Below, piece after piece: positions 12,956-64,000 of a stretch of DNA of 64,000 nt. The notes beneath the pieces are model-generated. The model was given only the letters and a program-made list of their open reading frames with translations. It did no database searches and had not been told where the DNA came from. The stretch's first letter is position 1, and each line of letters starts with the position of its first letter. Source of the stretch: Eledone cirrhosa (Eukaryota); NCBI GenBank assembly GCA_964016885.1, contig OZ024743.1:305598001-305662000 (forward strand), in the 5' to 3' direction. The position numbers and the translations under genes are program-made.

Positions 12956-13242
12956 TTCTGTCTTGGTTGTAGATATTGCTGATAGTATAGCTGCAGCTGA
13001 TGATGATGTTAGTTCCACTGTTGCCGCAGCCAGTAGTCAGTCATGGTCGACAGGAAAGGAGGCTGCCCGTTATTCTGGCAGGTATATAAGTAACAGTAGC
13101 TGACAAGAGAGTGAAAGTATCAGCAACAGCAGAGGCGATAGCAGGAGAAACAAAAATAGACAAATAATGAGGGGAGAGAAAGAAAGACAATTTTATGAAA
13201 ATTCCTAAACGCTCATAGCTTTAAGCCTTTTCAATTAATGTT

Positions 13243-13279
<37 letters not shown>

Positions 13280-13562
13280 TAGCAGTTTATCCCGGCGTTG
13301 CTCGGGTTTGTTCATTTGCTATGAAAAGTTACATACAGGTAAACGTGGCTTGAAAGCGAATAAGCTTATCAATTAAGTGCATAAAGCAGTTGAACTGGTT
13401 ATTAAAAGTTACGAACCAATTATCATTTTCGACAATCAATGATGGGTTAATAATCTTCCAATAGCGAATTTAGCAGACCAAAGTTGCAAGATGGTGGCCC
13501 TGATGCCACAGGGTGTTAGATCTGTCCGCCATGGGTGACCCTACCAACACCTGCACCAACAT

Positions 13563-13830
13563 CTATAGCACCTCTTTGTAGACGATATTGCGTGTCATCC
13601 CTTGAAGAGTGTAAGCAAAAGGTCCATTCCTGCTCCCTACGCGGGAACAGGCAACATAAAGTTGACCATGGGAGATGCATTGCTACCCCAAATGGATGCC
13701 CGCCACCGACAATGTTTGCCCTTGTGACTTGTTAATGGACATGGCAAAACATTGTCTCACCGGGAATTGGGATCGCCGGAAATCGAATGAGATATCTGAT
13801 GCTGCGGGGAAAAGGTTCATTCTTGGCAGT
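13563..13830 (-). pseudogene. Helitron RepHel PIF1-like helicase C-terminal fragment, frameshifted
   Basis: Manual translation: LPRMNLFP..FDFRRSQFPVRQCFAMSINKSQGQTLSVAGIHL / CISHGQLYVACSRVG..TRNIVYKEVL*. It is not present in the ORF track. Confidence 0.9.
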
Positions 13831-14054
13831 GTATTCAGCAGAATTGCCAGAGAAGTACAACACTATGGGTGTTGTCATATTAATATTTAAGCAATGAAAG
13901 TCGTAAAAAATAAATAATTTAAACATGCCGATTCATATGTCTATAGCATTAATCCGTTATATGAAGCGTTATTTTGCGGGTTGTTATTTGCAATAAACTG
14001 ATTTAAAATACCCCAGAAAAGCCGTATGTCAATACTGAACTCCAATGAGTCCCC

Positions 14055-14355
14055 CAGTAGTTAAATTATAGAGAGGGAGAAGAAACTATTATAGAGAGAG
14101 GGAAGAGCGATGGATATTGTAAAGCTAAGAAACTATAGGGAGGTATGTAAAACAGTGTTGTCATATAGAGAGTGAAGAGCGACAGAGAGAGTCAAGCAGT
14201 TAAATTATAGAGAGGGAGAATAATCTATTATAGAGAGAGAGAAGAGTGACGGAGAGAGTAAAGCTAAGAAACTATAGGGAGGTGTGTTAAACCTTAAAGC
14301 ACGAAGAGAGTAAAGCAGTTAAATTATAGAGAGGGGGAAGAGCGACGGAGAGAGC
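14055..14355. repeat. Degenerate ~120-140-bp GA-rich tandem repeat inside the Helitron
   Basis: AGTTAAATTATAGAGAGGG recurs at ~14059, ~14198 and ~14317; GTAAAGCTAAGAAACTATAGGGAGGT occurs twice. Confidence 0.8.
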
Positions 14356-14654
14356 GTTATGACTATGTTTGTTGTATAAAATGATGTGTTGCTTAGTTTT
14401 CAAAGTTTATGTTGCGTTGCTGAACGAAGTTTTGTCGCTGTTGGGTAGTAGAGAGAGTGAATAAGCGTGTAAGAGAGAGGGTTACAGTATTTATTTAGTT
14501 TTATTAATTTTTTTCAGAGAAGCAGGACATTTTTGGCAAAGTTTATTATGCGTTGACCATCGTTGGTAAATTTGGAGCACATTGGCAAAAAAATCATCAA
14601 AATTCGGTAGGGAAATGTGGAAATGCATAAAAATCACACATACAGACATCTTTC

Positions 14655-14715
<61 letters not shown>

Positions 14716-15200
14716 TAAATGTAATCTGAGTTTTTCGAATATTAATAATAGTTTACCGTTCATCTGCCAACTATCAGAGCTAGTGAAAATATATGATATT
14801 TTCTAAAAAATACTGTGACTGATCGGTCTCATTTGCATATCAGCAGACTGGCCAGTCAGTTTCCTGTATACAAGCGATTAATGGCCGGCTTTGCCATATT
14901 CAAATAAAAAAAAATTCACTCTACATGGCTGAATAAAATAAATGTAATCTGAGTTTTTCGAATATTAATACGTAATAATATTCGATTCGTTTGCATTTAT
15001 GCAAACAAGTCTCTTTTTAAAAGCCATGTCAATAGAATGAGCCCCTCATTCTTGCTCTTGTGTTGGCATGTAAACAGAACTGCAGACACTAATGTTTCTG
15101 GGGATTACCCTTCATCAGTACAGTTCACTGTTCACCTGCCAACTGTCAGTGCTAGTGAAATATATGTATATTTTAGAAAATATCATATATTATTATTAAT

Positions 15201-15240
15201 ACTAGCAGAAAGTTCCCCCTTCGGGGGGTTTTCTGCTAGC
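15201..15240. repeat. Short GC-cored hairpin
   Basis: CTAGCAGAAAgttCCCCC-TTC-GGGGGgtTTTCTGCTAG. Confidence 0.7.
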
Positions 15241-15587
15241 ATGTATAATGTGCATATTGATATTATACGCAAGTATATATGCATGTAGATATGATACATC
15301 AAATAAAATCGTAATTGACAATATACACAGAAATTGAACGAAGACTGCGTTACACTCTCTTATGTAATCAGTAATGTAATCCATGATACATTAAAAAAAG
15401 ACGATAGGAGAAAAATAGGTACGGAAATATATGAATGCTTATTTAAGCGATCGCTAATCGGAAGTGTTGACATTTGAACATTTTAAAGAAGTGAATCTTT
15501 AAATAAGTAATAAAATATATTTAATCAACAGCTATGAAGTTTAGTAGATAAATTATGTAATATTCATTCATTATTTATTCAAAGTAA

Positions 15588-15772
15588 GGGCGGTGGATTG
15601 GCAGTATCGGTAGAGGGTCGGACGCCATGCTTTCCAGCATAGTTACGTCCCTTTACGATCTGAGTTCATATCCCGCCGAGGTTGACTTTGCCTTTCATCC
15701 TTACGGGGTCGATAAAATAAAGTACCAGTAATGAACTGGCTAATTGCTGGCCTTGTGCCTAAAGTAGAAACA
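15588..15772 (+). mobile_element. Full-length tRNA-derived SINE with an 18-bp target-site duplication
   Basis: ATTATTTATTCAAAGTAA flanks the element at 15570-15587 and 15773-15790. It has an A-box-like TGGCAGTATCGG and a B-box-like GAGTTCATATCC, and is the same family as 1522-1700. Confidence 0.85.
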
Positions 15773-15920
15773 ATTATTTATTCAAAGTAATCCAACTTAT
15801 TTTACAAACTGAATAAAAAGATATATTCTGGACGCAGTCCCGCACTCTTTTCTTTGTTATACTTATAAGATTCTAAAAACTCAGCTTACATTTATTGTAT
15901 TCAGACATGTAGAGCGAATT

Positions 15921-15996
<76 letters not shown>

Positions 15997-16063
15997 CAAG
16001 GTTTAGCAAATAAGAAAAAGTTTTAAAATGAATTTTAAAAAATTTACTGTACCTGCTATGGTT

Positions 16064-16149
16064 ACCTTTACCGAACGGTTTCGAGTCTCAAAAATAAATG
16101 GATAGTCCTTGCGGGTCTCCATTGAAAAGAAAAACTCTCGTCAGAAGGT
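16064..16149 (-). ncRNA. Type-I hammerhead ribozyme motif
   Basis: Minus strand reads ACCTT-CTGACGA-GAGT...ACTC-GAAA-CCG-TT-CGG-TA-AAGGT. All three stems close and the cleavage triplet is GUA. Confidence 0.8.
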
Positions 16150-16338
16150 TCTTTTCACTCGGAGAATATAAAATTCCCGAATTCGAATTACGAACTGGCG
16201 CTATTCAAAATTGTTCCCGAGATGAGAATGAATGATGTGGAAGCAATTCTGTCCAATGCCGTGTGCAAAGATAGAAGGCAGAGGCGGAGTGGTCAATCTA
16301 CTACCACTATAAATAGCACCAGTCAAAACGACCAAATG

Positions 16339-16373
<35 letters not shown>

Positions 16374-16389
16374 TGTGTGTGTGTGTGTG

Positions 16390-16650
16390 TGGAGTCGCAT
16401 GGCTTAGTGGTTAGAGCAGTAGGCTTGCAATTCTCGGACCGGGTGATGTGTTGTTTCCTTAAGCAAGACACTTTATTTCACCTGGCTCCAGTTTACTCAG
16501 CTGAAAATGAGTACCAGCAATAGCTGGCGGTTTAACTCTGCGATGGACTGGCGTCCTGTCCAGGGGAAGTCTTGTACTCTCAGTCGCTTCACGCCATGAA
16601 ACCGGGATAAGCACCGGCCAAATGAGCCAGCTGGCTTAAGACAGATTTTA
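16390..16650 (+). mobile_element. tRNA-derived SINE (second family)
   Basis: A-box TGGCTTAGTGG; CORE-like CCTTAAGCAAGACACTT; GCGATGGACTGGCGTCCTGTCCAGGGG segment. The B-box region appears deleted. Confidence 0.7.
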
Positions 16651-16654
16651 GACT

Positions 16655-16771
16655 TACGGCTTGCCCGCCCAGCCAGTGGGATGGCTTCATCGTATCGCTA
16701 AAACAGCACGTGCTGTGACCAGCGGCGCCGCATAGCACCCGAGAGACTGGTCGGTCAAGGTGATCAAGGTG

Positions 16772-16773
<2 letters not shown>
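16655..16773 (+). mobile_element. Probable SINE/LINE 3'-tail fragment
   Basis: Ends in the short tandem TCAAGGTGA-TCAAGGTGA before (TA)n and resembles cephalopod retroposon tails (recall only). Confidence 0.4.
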
Positions 16774-16802
<29 letters not shown>

Positions 16803-17084
16803 AAAATATATATAAAGATATATAAATATATATATATATATAAATATATAAGTAAAAATTAGCGAGAATCGAATTTCAGCCCATGAAATAACGAGAAAAC
16901 ACTTTCGAGTTGTGAGGCAAGCGCTCTATAATTCAAATGAATTAGAGCTTACAACTTACGTTAAAGTCCAAACACACTGAGATGGTGGTTAAACTAATCA
17001 TCCACACAGCAAAGATTCGATCTCCTATTTCGGGTCAAAAAGATATACAGATATAAAAATATATGAAAATATAAATGTTTGATA

Positions 17085-17761
17085 CTCACCCGGACCCCTG
17101 GAGACAAGAGATCGAGACACGATGTTGACACTATGGAGGACATTTGTCCTAAGCCGCCTGGACTACTGCTCCGAGTTGTGGTCACCCCATAGTGTCAAAC
17201 TAACCACGGAGTTTGAGGCAATCCAGCGGAGCTACACCAAGAGGGTTGCCACGATGAGGGAGAAAAGCTACTGGGAGAGGCTAAAGGAACTGAACCTCTA
17301 CTCCTTGGAACGAAGACGGGAGAGATACGCAGTGATCTACATGTGGAAAGATCCTGGAGGGACTAGCACCAAACTTTAGCATTGGGAGCTGGACCAACCG
17401 TCGAACAGGACGTCACTGTGTGGTGTAAAAGGTCCCGGCTTCCATATCTAGAATAAGTAGCGGGTATTGCAATAGCCTGGGATTCAAGGGCCCTCAACTC
17501 TTCAACAAGCTGCCGAGGGATCTGAGAGGTTTGCATGACGTGGAGGTGGATGTCTTCAAGAAACATCTCGACACCTTGTTATCCAGGATCTCGGATGAGC
17601 CCACAGCAAAGCAAGAGGGAAACCTAAGGGGAGCAGCAACAAACTCCTTCTTACATCAGTAGCCAACCTATACATGCTGGAGATAAAATGTGTAGCAACA
17701 AGGGCGGTGCCCCAACATGGCCTCAGCCGGATGGCTGAAACAGGTAAAAGGAGTAAAAGAG
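17085..17761 (+). mobile_element. 5'-truncated CR1-like LINE 3' end
   Basis: SRLDYCSELWSPH..EAIQRSYTKRV..SYWERLKELNLYSLERRRERY.. / [25 protein letters not shown]; tail GCGGTGCCCCAACATGGCC...GTAAAAGGAGTAAAAGAG. Confidence 0.85.
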
Positions 17762-20330
<2,569 letters not shown>

Positions 20331-20380
20331 ATAATAAAGTTAAATAAAAGTCAAATGATTAAAATTTAGCTTCGTTTATT

Positions 20381-20435
20381 ACTGCTATATATATTTCAGT
20401 GACAGCCATCTTTGGCTGTGACCTCTTCAGGCAGT
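20381..20435 (-). ncRNA. Hammerhead ribozyme in the 3' pseudo-LTR
   Basis: Reverse complement of 22835-22889. Confidence 0.8.
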
Positions 20436-21627
20436 TTGAATTAGTATGGTATAGACAAGTACATATGTTGTTTAGGTGTATGATATTGTCAATACTCTGA
20501 TATGCCCAGTTCCTTGCTGGGTTGTTAATTCACTGGGGAACTGGAGTCATATGAATTCAAACAAACGAATTTTCGTGTCACAGGTCCCCTTCTCCTCTCA
20601 TTGGTCAGTTATTAGTGTTGTCATTGTTGGAGTTAGCTTAAAAATTGATAAAATGGTAGAAGGGACAAGGTGTTGAAGGAACAAAATATCAAAAAAGGTG
20701 TCAAACTTCCCATTGTTCAGTTCTGAGAGCATTCCTCAGTCAGAAGTCTATAGAATTCTTTCTGGGGTGAGGCTCCCTGTAGTGTTTATGCCTGCTATTG
20801 TTCAGTACATTTGACCTCCACCATTATTTTGGTACTGTTGTTGTTGTAGTGGTCAGCTTATATCTTGTTGCTGCTAACAATTTAGAAGTATTCAGTTTGT
20901 GTTTTCTCTTCATCCCACCCGCCACCATCGTAGTGGTGGTGGCGGGGCGGGGGGGGGGGGGGTATTTCATGTATATGAAGAAATATAAGGCAATAAATGA
21001 AGAAAACAGAAGATAAATAAATAATATAATAAAATATAATAATTAATATAATTTGTGTAATTTGAAAATAAATAAATAAATAGAGAATAAAGAATAAAGA
21101 GTAAATGAGAGATTGGTGAAAAAGTAATGATAATGTATATGGAGAAGTGAGAAATAATGTAGGATAAAGTGTGTGTGTGTGTGTGCTATAACCAATCTCA
21201 AGGTCAGAATATGTTGGATAGATTGGTATGATACAAGATGTTAAGATGAGATATTCAATGTGTTTGTGTTATAATCTATCTCAACTTAAAATAAATATAA
21301 GGTTATACAGTGAATAGGGCAGAAAACAAATAACAAATTAATATAGAGAAATCAAGATTTAAGATTGGAACTTTAAAGTCAGAAATCTGGTAAATTAAAA
21401 GTGTTTGTGTTATAGATGTTGGCCAGATTATTATGGCTGTGTCCGATTCTGTCTCTAGGCTATCATGGTGTCTGCTCCGCCTGGGTTGTTCCCTATGGCT
21501 TGAGGGGAGTTCACAACCTAGGGTGTTGTAATTGTCCATATAGCTTGAGGGAGGTCTGGCCGAGAGGTGTTTTCATGTTCTGTAGAAGTCCCTATAGCTT
21601 GAGGGGAGTTCACATCTTCTTGTGTAG

Positions 21628-22395
21628 CTACTGTCCATATATTTTGAGAAAGGTCCCGGCTCTAAGGTGTCTGCATGTCCCGAAGAAGTCGGTTCTGAGG
21701 TTTATCAGGCCGCTTCCACCTCTTAGTATCTCGAGGGTCTCGTTCAGGCATAGTTTGCATATGCAAGATCCCCCTTTATCGGGTGGTACTTTCCTGATTA
21801 TGTACCAGGCCAGAGAGTATGGGGTCCTGTCCAGCTTAAGCTTCCAGATCAGGTCGGAGAGAGCTGTGCTTTTCCTTTTTGCCTCCTTCTTGAATGAATG
21901 GCGATGGTTGTACCAGCGGTCCTTAAAGCTCGTTGATGTGGCTCCTATGTAGAGGTGTTCGGAGTTGGGGGTTTTAACCCTACAACCGTACACTATGTTC
22001 TTCTTGAGACATTCATTACCAAGGGGGCATGATTCGGGGTTTCTACAGTTGCAGAGGGTGGGCGGCCTCTGCGTGCTTAGATTAGGGTTCTCATTATGTG
22101 TTACATGTTGGTCTTCCCCCATGCTCGGTGGGGGGTCCTTGGGTCTGTTTGTGTTTCTTGGGTGGGCTCTGGGTCCCCCCTTCCCTCCTTTCACATGGTT
22201 CTGCTGAGTGTTTGTATTGCCATCTTCTGGTTGTGTGTGGTTTTTAAGCCTACTTCTGTTGATGCTAGCTATGTGTTGGGCCAAATTTCTCGTGGTGGAA
22301 TACGAAAGCTTCACAGTGTGTCTGTTGAAGATCCTGTGGTATCTGTGGTCCCTCGGGAAGCATTTGTCAAGTGCTCCAAAGAACAATCGGGCCAA
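21628..22395 (-). CDS. Penelope-like ORF C-terminus (RT thumb/linker + GIY-YIG endonuclease); the N-terminus and RT core are missing
   Basis: IFNRHTVKLSYST, CNCRNPESCPLGNECLKKNIVY, YIGATSTSFKDRWYNHRHSF, STALSDLIWKLK, CKLCLNE, CRH. The frame extends upstream of 22395 (ITWYNPPYS). Confidence 0.88.
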   Translation of the reverse strand: MARLFFGALDKCFPRDHRYHRIFNRHTVKLSYSTTRNLAQHIASINRSRLKNHTQPEDGNTNTQQNHVKGGKGGPRAHPRNTNRPKDPPPSMGEDQHVTHNENPNLSTQRPPTLCNCRNPESCPLGNECLKKNIVYGCRVKTPNSEHLYIGATSTSFKDRWYNHRHSFKKEAKRKSTALSDLIWKLKLDRTPYSLAWYIIRKVPPDKGGSCICKLCLNETLEILRGGSGLINLRTDFFGTCRHLRAGTFLKIYGQ

Positions 22396-22834
22396 GCTTT
22401 TCTTTATGGCCGCTGAGTAGGGTGGGTTGTACCACGTGATTTGTCGGTGTCTCCTCCTATATGTGTGGGTTGGGGGCTTCGTGATTTGTTGGAGATTTGT
22501 TGGTTTGCTGGTGGTTTCCGCACTGTTGCTTCCCTTTTGGGCTCTATACTTTCTGTTATCTTCACGGCCCGGATTTGTGGGGTGGTTGTTCCTTCAACAC
22601 CTTGTCCCTTCTACCATTTTATCAATTTTTAAGCTAACTCCAACAATGACAACACTAATAACTGACCAATGAGAGGAGAAGGGGACCTGTGACACGAAAA
22701 TTCGTTTGTTTGAATTCATATGACTCCAGTTCCCCAGTGAATTAACAACCCAGCAAGGAACTGGGCATATCAGAGTATTGACAATATCATACACCTAAAC
22801 AACATATGTACTTGTCTATACCATACTAATTCAA

Positions 22835-22889
22835 ACTGCCTGAAGAGGTCACAGCCAAAGATGGCTGTCACTGAAATATATATAGCAGT
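22835..22889 (+). ncRNA. Hammerhead ribozyme in the inverted pseudo-LTR
   Basis: ACTGC-CTGAAGA-ggtcACAGCCA-aaga-TGGCTGTcact-GAAA-TATATA-TA-GCAGT: stem I ACTGC/GCAGT and a palindromic stem III. Confidence 0.8.
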
Positions 22890-23027
22890 AATAAACGAAG
22901 CTAAATTTGACTTTTATTTAACTTTATTTTACACTACTCCGGAGTAACCAAACCAACCTGCGCACTTCGTCGAGTGCTCCAGCCTGCATACTGAGGTGTT
23001 GGTATACAACCAACATAAACTCAAAAT

Positions 23028-23752
<725 letters not shown>

Positions 23753-24067
23753 TGAATTAGAACCCTGTAACCATTAAGCTCTAAGTATAAAGTACAAATA
23801 AATACTGATCCGGGCGAAACAGATTAGGGATAATCTGTCCGAGAGATATAATGGTTATTGAGGCGGTTTGTATTATGATAATATATTTTTATTTTCATTT
23901 TGTCATCCTGTCTGTTTCTTGGTTAAATATTTCAAGCATATGTGGTTTTTCAACCCTTGTAATTTTAGACACACGGTTTACTGTGTTTCTTATTATATAT
24001 TGTTAATCGGCTCAGTATTTATTTGTACTTTATACTTAGAGCTTAATGGTTACAGGGTTCTAATTCA
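23753..24067. mobile_element. 315-bp element with perfect 56-bp terminal inverted repeats, embedded in (TA)n
   Basis: TGAATTAGAACCCTGTAACC...AAATACTGA (23753-23808) is the reverse complement of 24012-24067. Confidence 0.8.
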
Positions 24068-24284
24068 TATATATATATATTTCGGCTCTCTTACAGGATG
24101 AGCTATTAAGTTGTGCGTGTTTGACTGTTATTTCTGTTCAACACGCGATTACCACGTTTTGGCTGGCGAAGCACGAGGTGATGAATTCATCTTTCTGTGT
24201 GAAAGTTGGCATATAGTGTTTGTGGCATTTAATCGCAATCTCTCGCTGATGAAGCCCAGGATTATCTGATGAAGCCCAGGATTA

Positions 24285-24486
24285 TCGGCAGCCTGTTGAA
24301 GAGTTGAGGGCCCTTGAATCCCAGGCTATTGCAATACCTGCTCCTTATTCTAGATGTGGAAGACGGGACCTTTGGCACCAGAAAGTGACGTCCTGTTCGA
24401 CGGTTGGTCCAGCTCCCAATGCCAAAGTTTGATGCTAGTCCCTCCAGGATTTTCCACATGTAGATCACTGCGTGTCTCTCCTGCGT

Positions 24487-24487
<1 letters not shown>
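24285..24487 (-). mobile_element. CR1-like LINE fragment, same family as 17085-17761
   Basis: [44 protein letters not shown] matches 17330-17515. Confidence 0.85.
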
Positions 24488-61513
<37,026 letters not shown>

Positions 61514-61545
<32 letters not shown>

Positions 61546-61584
61546 AATATATATCTATATATATATAAATATGTATATATAAAT

Positions 61585-61655
<71 letters not shown>

Positions 61656-61782
61656 AATATATATATATATAAATATATATATATAAATATATATATAAAT
61701 ATATATATATAAATATATAAATATATATATATAAATATATATATAAATATATATATATAAATATATAAATATATATATATAA

Positions 61783-61815
<33 letters not shown>

Positions 61816-61843
61816 AATATATATATATAAATATATATATATA

Positions 61844-61879
<36 letters not shown>

Positions 61880-61893
61880 AATATATATATATA

Positions 61894-61943
<50 letters not shown>

Positions 61944-62011
61944 TATATATATAAATATATAAATATATATATAAATATATATATATAAATATATATATAT
62001 AATAAATATAT

Positions 62012-62074
<63 letters not shown>

Positions 62075-62179
62075 AATATATATATATAAATATATAAATA
62101 TATATATATATATATATAAATATACATATATATATATAAATATATATATATAAATATATATATATATAAATATATAAAT

Positions 62180-62236
<57 letters not shown>

Positions 62237-62308
62237 AATATATATATATAAATATATAAATATATATATATATATATAAATATATAAATATATATATATA
62301 AATATATA

Positions 62309-62370
<62 letters not shown>

Positions 62371-62406
62371 AATATATATATATAAATATATATATATAAA
62401 TATATT

Positions 62407-62486
<80 letters not shown>

Positions 62487-62496
62487 TATATATATA

Positions 62497-62592
<96 letters not shown>

Positions 62593-62623
62593 AATATATA
62601 TATAAATATATATATATATAAAT

Positions 62624-62654
<31 letters not shown>

Positions 62655-62691
62655 AATATATATATATATAAATATATATATATATTTAAAT

Positions 62692-62722
<31 letters not shown>

Positions 62723-62725
62723 AAT

Positions 62726-62760
<35 letters not shown>

Positions 62761-62807
62761 AATATATATATATAAATATATATATATATAAATATATATA
62801 TATAAAT

Positions 62808-62840
<33 letters not shown>

Positions 62841-62855
62841 AATATATATATAAAT

Positions 62856-62888
<33 letters not shown>

Positions 62889-62921
62889 AATATATATATA
62901 AATATATATATATATATAAAT

Positions 62922-62990
<69 letters not shown>

Positions 62991-63005
62991 TATATATATA
63001 TAAAT

Positions 63006-63080
<75 letters not shown>
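61514..63080. repeat. (TA)n/TAAA microsatellite
   Basis: Seen directly in the sequence. Confidence 0.97.
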
Positions 63081-63081
<1 letters not shown>

Positions 63082-63137
63082 TTCGTTTCTGAATTTGTTT
63101 AGCAAGATTCTTTATCTGAAATCGTGTGTTGAAACCG

Positions 63138-63778
63138 ATATTGTTATACTTTGGGAGGGTCATGTTGCCAATAAGAAACACACGCACCAGTTGCTTTCAC
63201 TTCAATTTAATTTAATTTAATATATATTTATAAATTTACAAATTTATAAATTTCTGGTTGGTTGGTTGGTTCCACAACCAGATAGTTGTTTATATATATA
63301 TAGTCATAGTTCTTTCGTCACACACTCTGTGACCTCTTCAGTGACTGGGGATTTCTTTCTTCGTTTCTGTGCCTTTCCTTTCTTCTATCCTACGCCATTT
63401 TGTTTCTATATATATATAGTCATAGTTCTTTCGTCACACACTCTGTGACCTCTTCAGTGACTGGGGATTTCTTTCTTCGTTTCTGTGCCTTTCCTTTCTT
63501 CTATCCTACGCCATTTTGAAACAAAATGGCGTAGGATAGAAGAAAGGAAAGGCACAGAAACGAAGAAAGAAATCCCCAGTCACTGAAGAGGTCACAGAGT
63601 GTGTGACGAAAGAACTATGACTATATATATATAAACAACTATCTGGTTGTGGAACCAACCAACCAACCAGAAATTTATAAATTTGTAAATTTATAAATAT
63701 ATATTAAATTAAATTAAATTGAAGTGAAAGCAACTGGTGCGTGTGTTTCTTATTGGCAACATGACCCTCCCAAAGTAT

Positions 63779-63786
<8 letters not shown>
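63138..63786. mobile_element. Non-coding Penelope pseudo-LTR-like foldback with three hammerhead copies
   Basis: Near-perfect inverted arms at 63138-63406 and 63518-63786. The spacer is a direct tandem duplication (116-bp period) of the HHR-bearing arm end. Confidence 0.8.
63578..63622 (+). ncRNA. Hammerhead ribozyme motif; minus-strand copies at 63302-63346 and 63418-63462
   Basis: AGTCA-CTGAAGA-gGTCACA-gagtg-TGTGAC-GAAA-GAAC-TA-TGACT; stem I AGTCA/TGACT; CUA triplet. Confidence 0.78.
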
Positions 63787-63857
<71 letters not shown>

Positions 63858-63873
63858 AATATATATATATATA

Positions 63874-63905
<32 letters not shown>

Positions 63906-63919
63906 AATATATATATATA

Positions 63920-63951
<32 letters not shown>

Positions 63952-64000
63952 AATATATATATAAATATATATATATAAATATATATATAATTATATATAT
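63787..64000. repeat. (TA)n/TAAA microsatellite
   Basis: Seen directly in the sequence. Confidence 0.97.

Larger units (their letters stand above)
13279..14665 (-). mobile_element. Non-autonomous Helitron (internal-deletion derivative)
   Basis: The minus-strand 3' end has a GC hairpin CCCGAGCAACGCCGGG, 8 nt, then CTAG (13279-13282). A PIF1-type helicase C-terminus lies inside. The 5' end (TATATAAAACGAAAGATGTCTG) merges into (TA)n. Confidence 0.85.
20333..22928 (-). mobile_element. 5'-truncated Penelope-like element with inverted pseudo-LTRs
   Basis: Near-perfect ~345-bp inverted repeats at 20333-20684 and 22586-22928 flank a GIY-YIG ORF on the minus strand. Each repeat carries a hammerhead motif. 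Confidence 0.92.

Noticed and set aside
16890-16970. Minus-strand AGTTGT...ACAACT-CGAAA hairpin resembling a hammerhead
   Set aside because: The CUGANGA box is not intact; at most this is a decayed relic.
24247-24286. Duplicated CTGATGAAGCCCAGGATTAT
   Set aside because: It is a 20-bp tandem duplication at the CR1 fragment junction and lacks GAAA and stem III, so no ribozyme is called.

Overview
This is AT-rich, repeat-dominated eukaryotic DNA. SINE and LINE tails suggest an octopod or other cephalopod, which is an inference. No host protein-coding gene is supported. Bases 1-25 kb are a patchwork of (TA)n tracts and decayed elements: three head-to-tail Tx1/L1-clade LINE copies, a rearranged RTE-clade LINE, a Helitron derivative, CR1 fragments, tRNA-type SINEs, foldback elements and a Penelope-like GIY-YIG element with inverted pseudo-LTRs. 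Bases ~25.05-61.5 kb are one tandem array of about 71 units (manual count), each ~435 bp of constant sequence plus a variable (TA)n tract. Nearly every unit carries a minimal type-I hammerhead ribozyme (HHR) motif on the + strand: AACGGTG-CTGATGA-tAGCTaacaAGCTt-GAAA-CTAG-TA-CATCGTT. The array therefore looks like a ribozyme satellite or non-LTR retrozyme. At least four other sequence-unrelated hammerhead families also occur in the window, all close to (TA)n tracts. All ribozyme calls rest on manual motif and pairing inspection; activity is untested.
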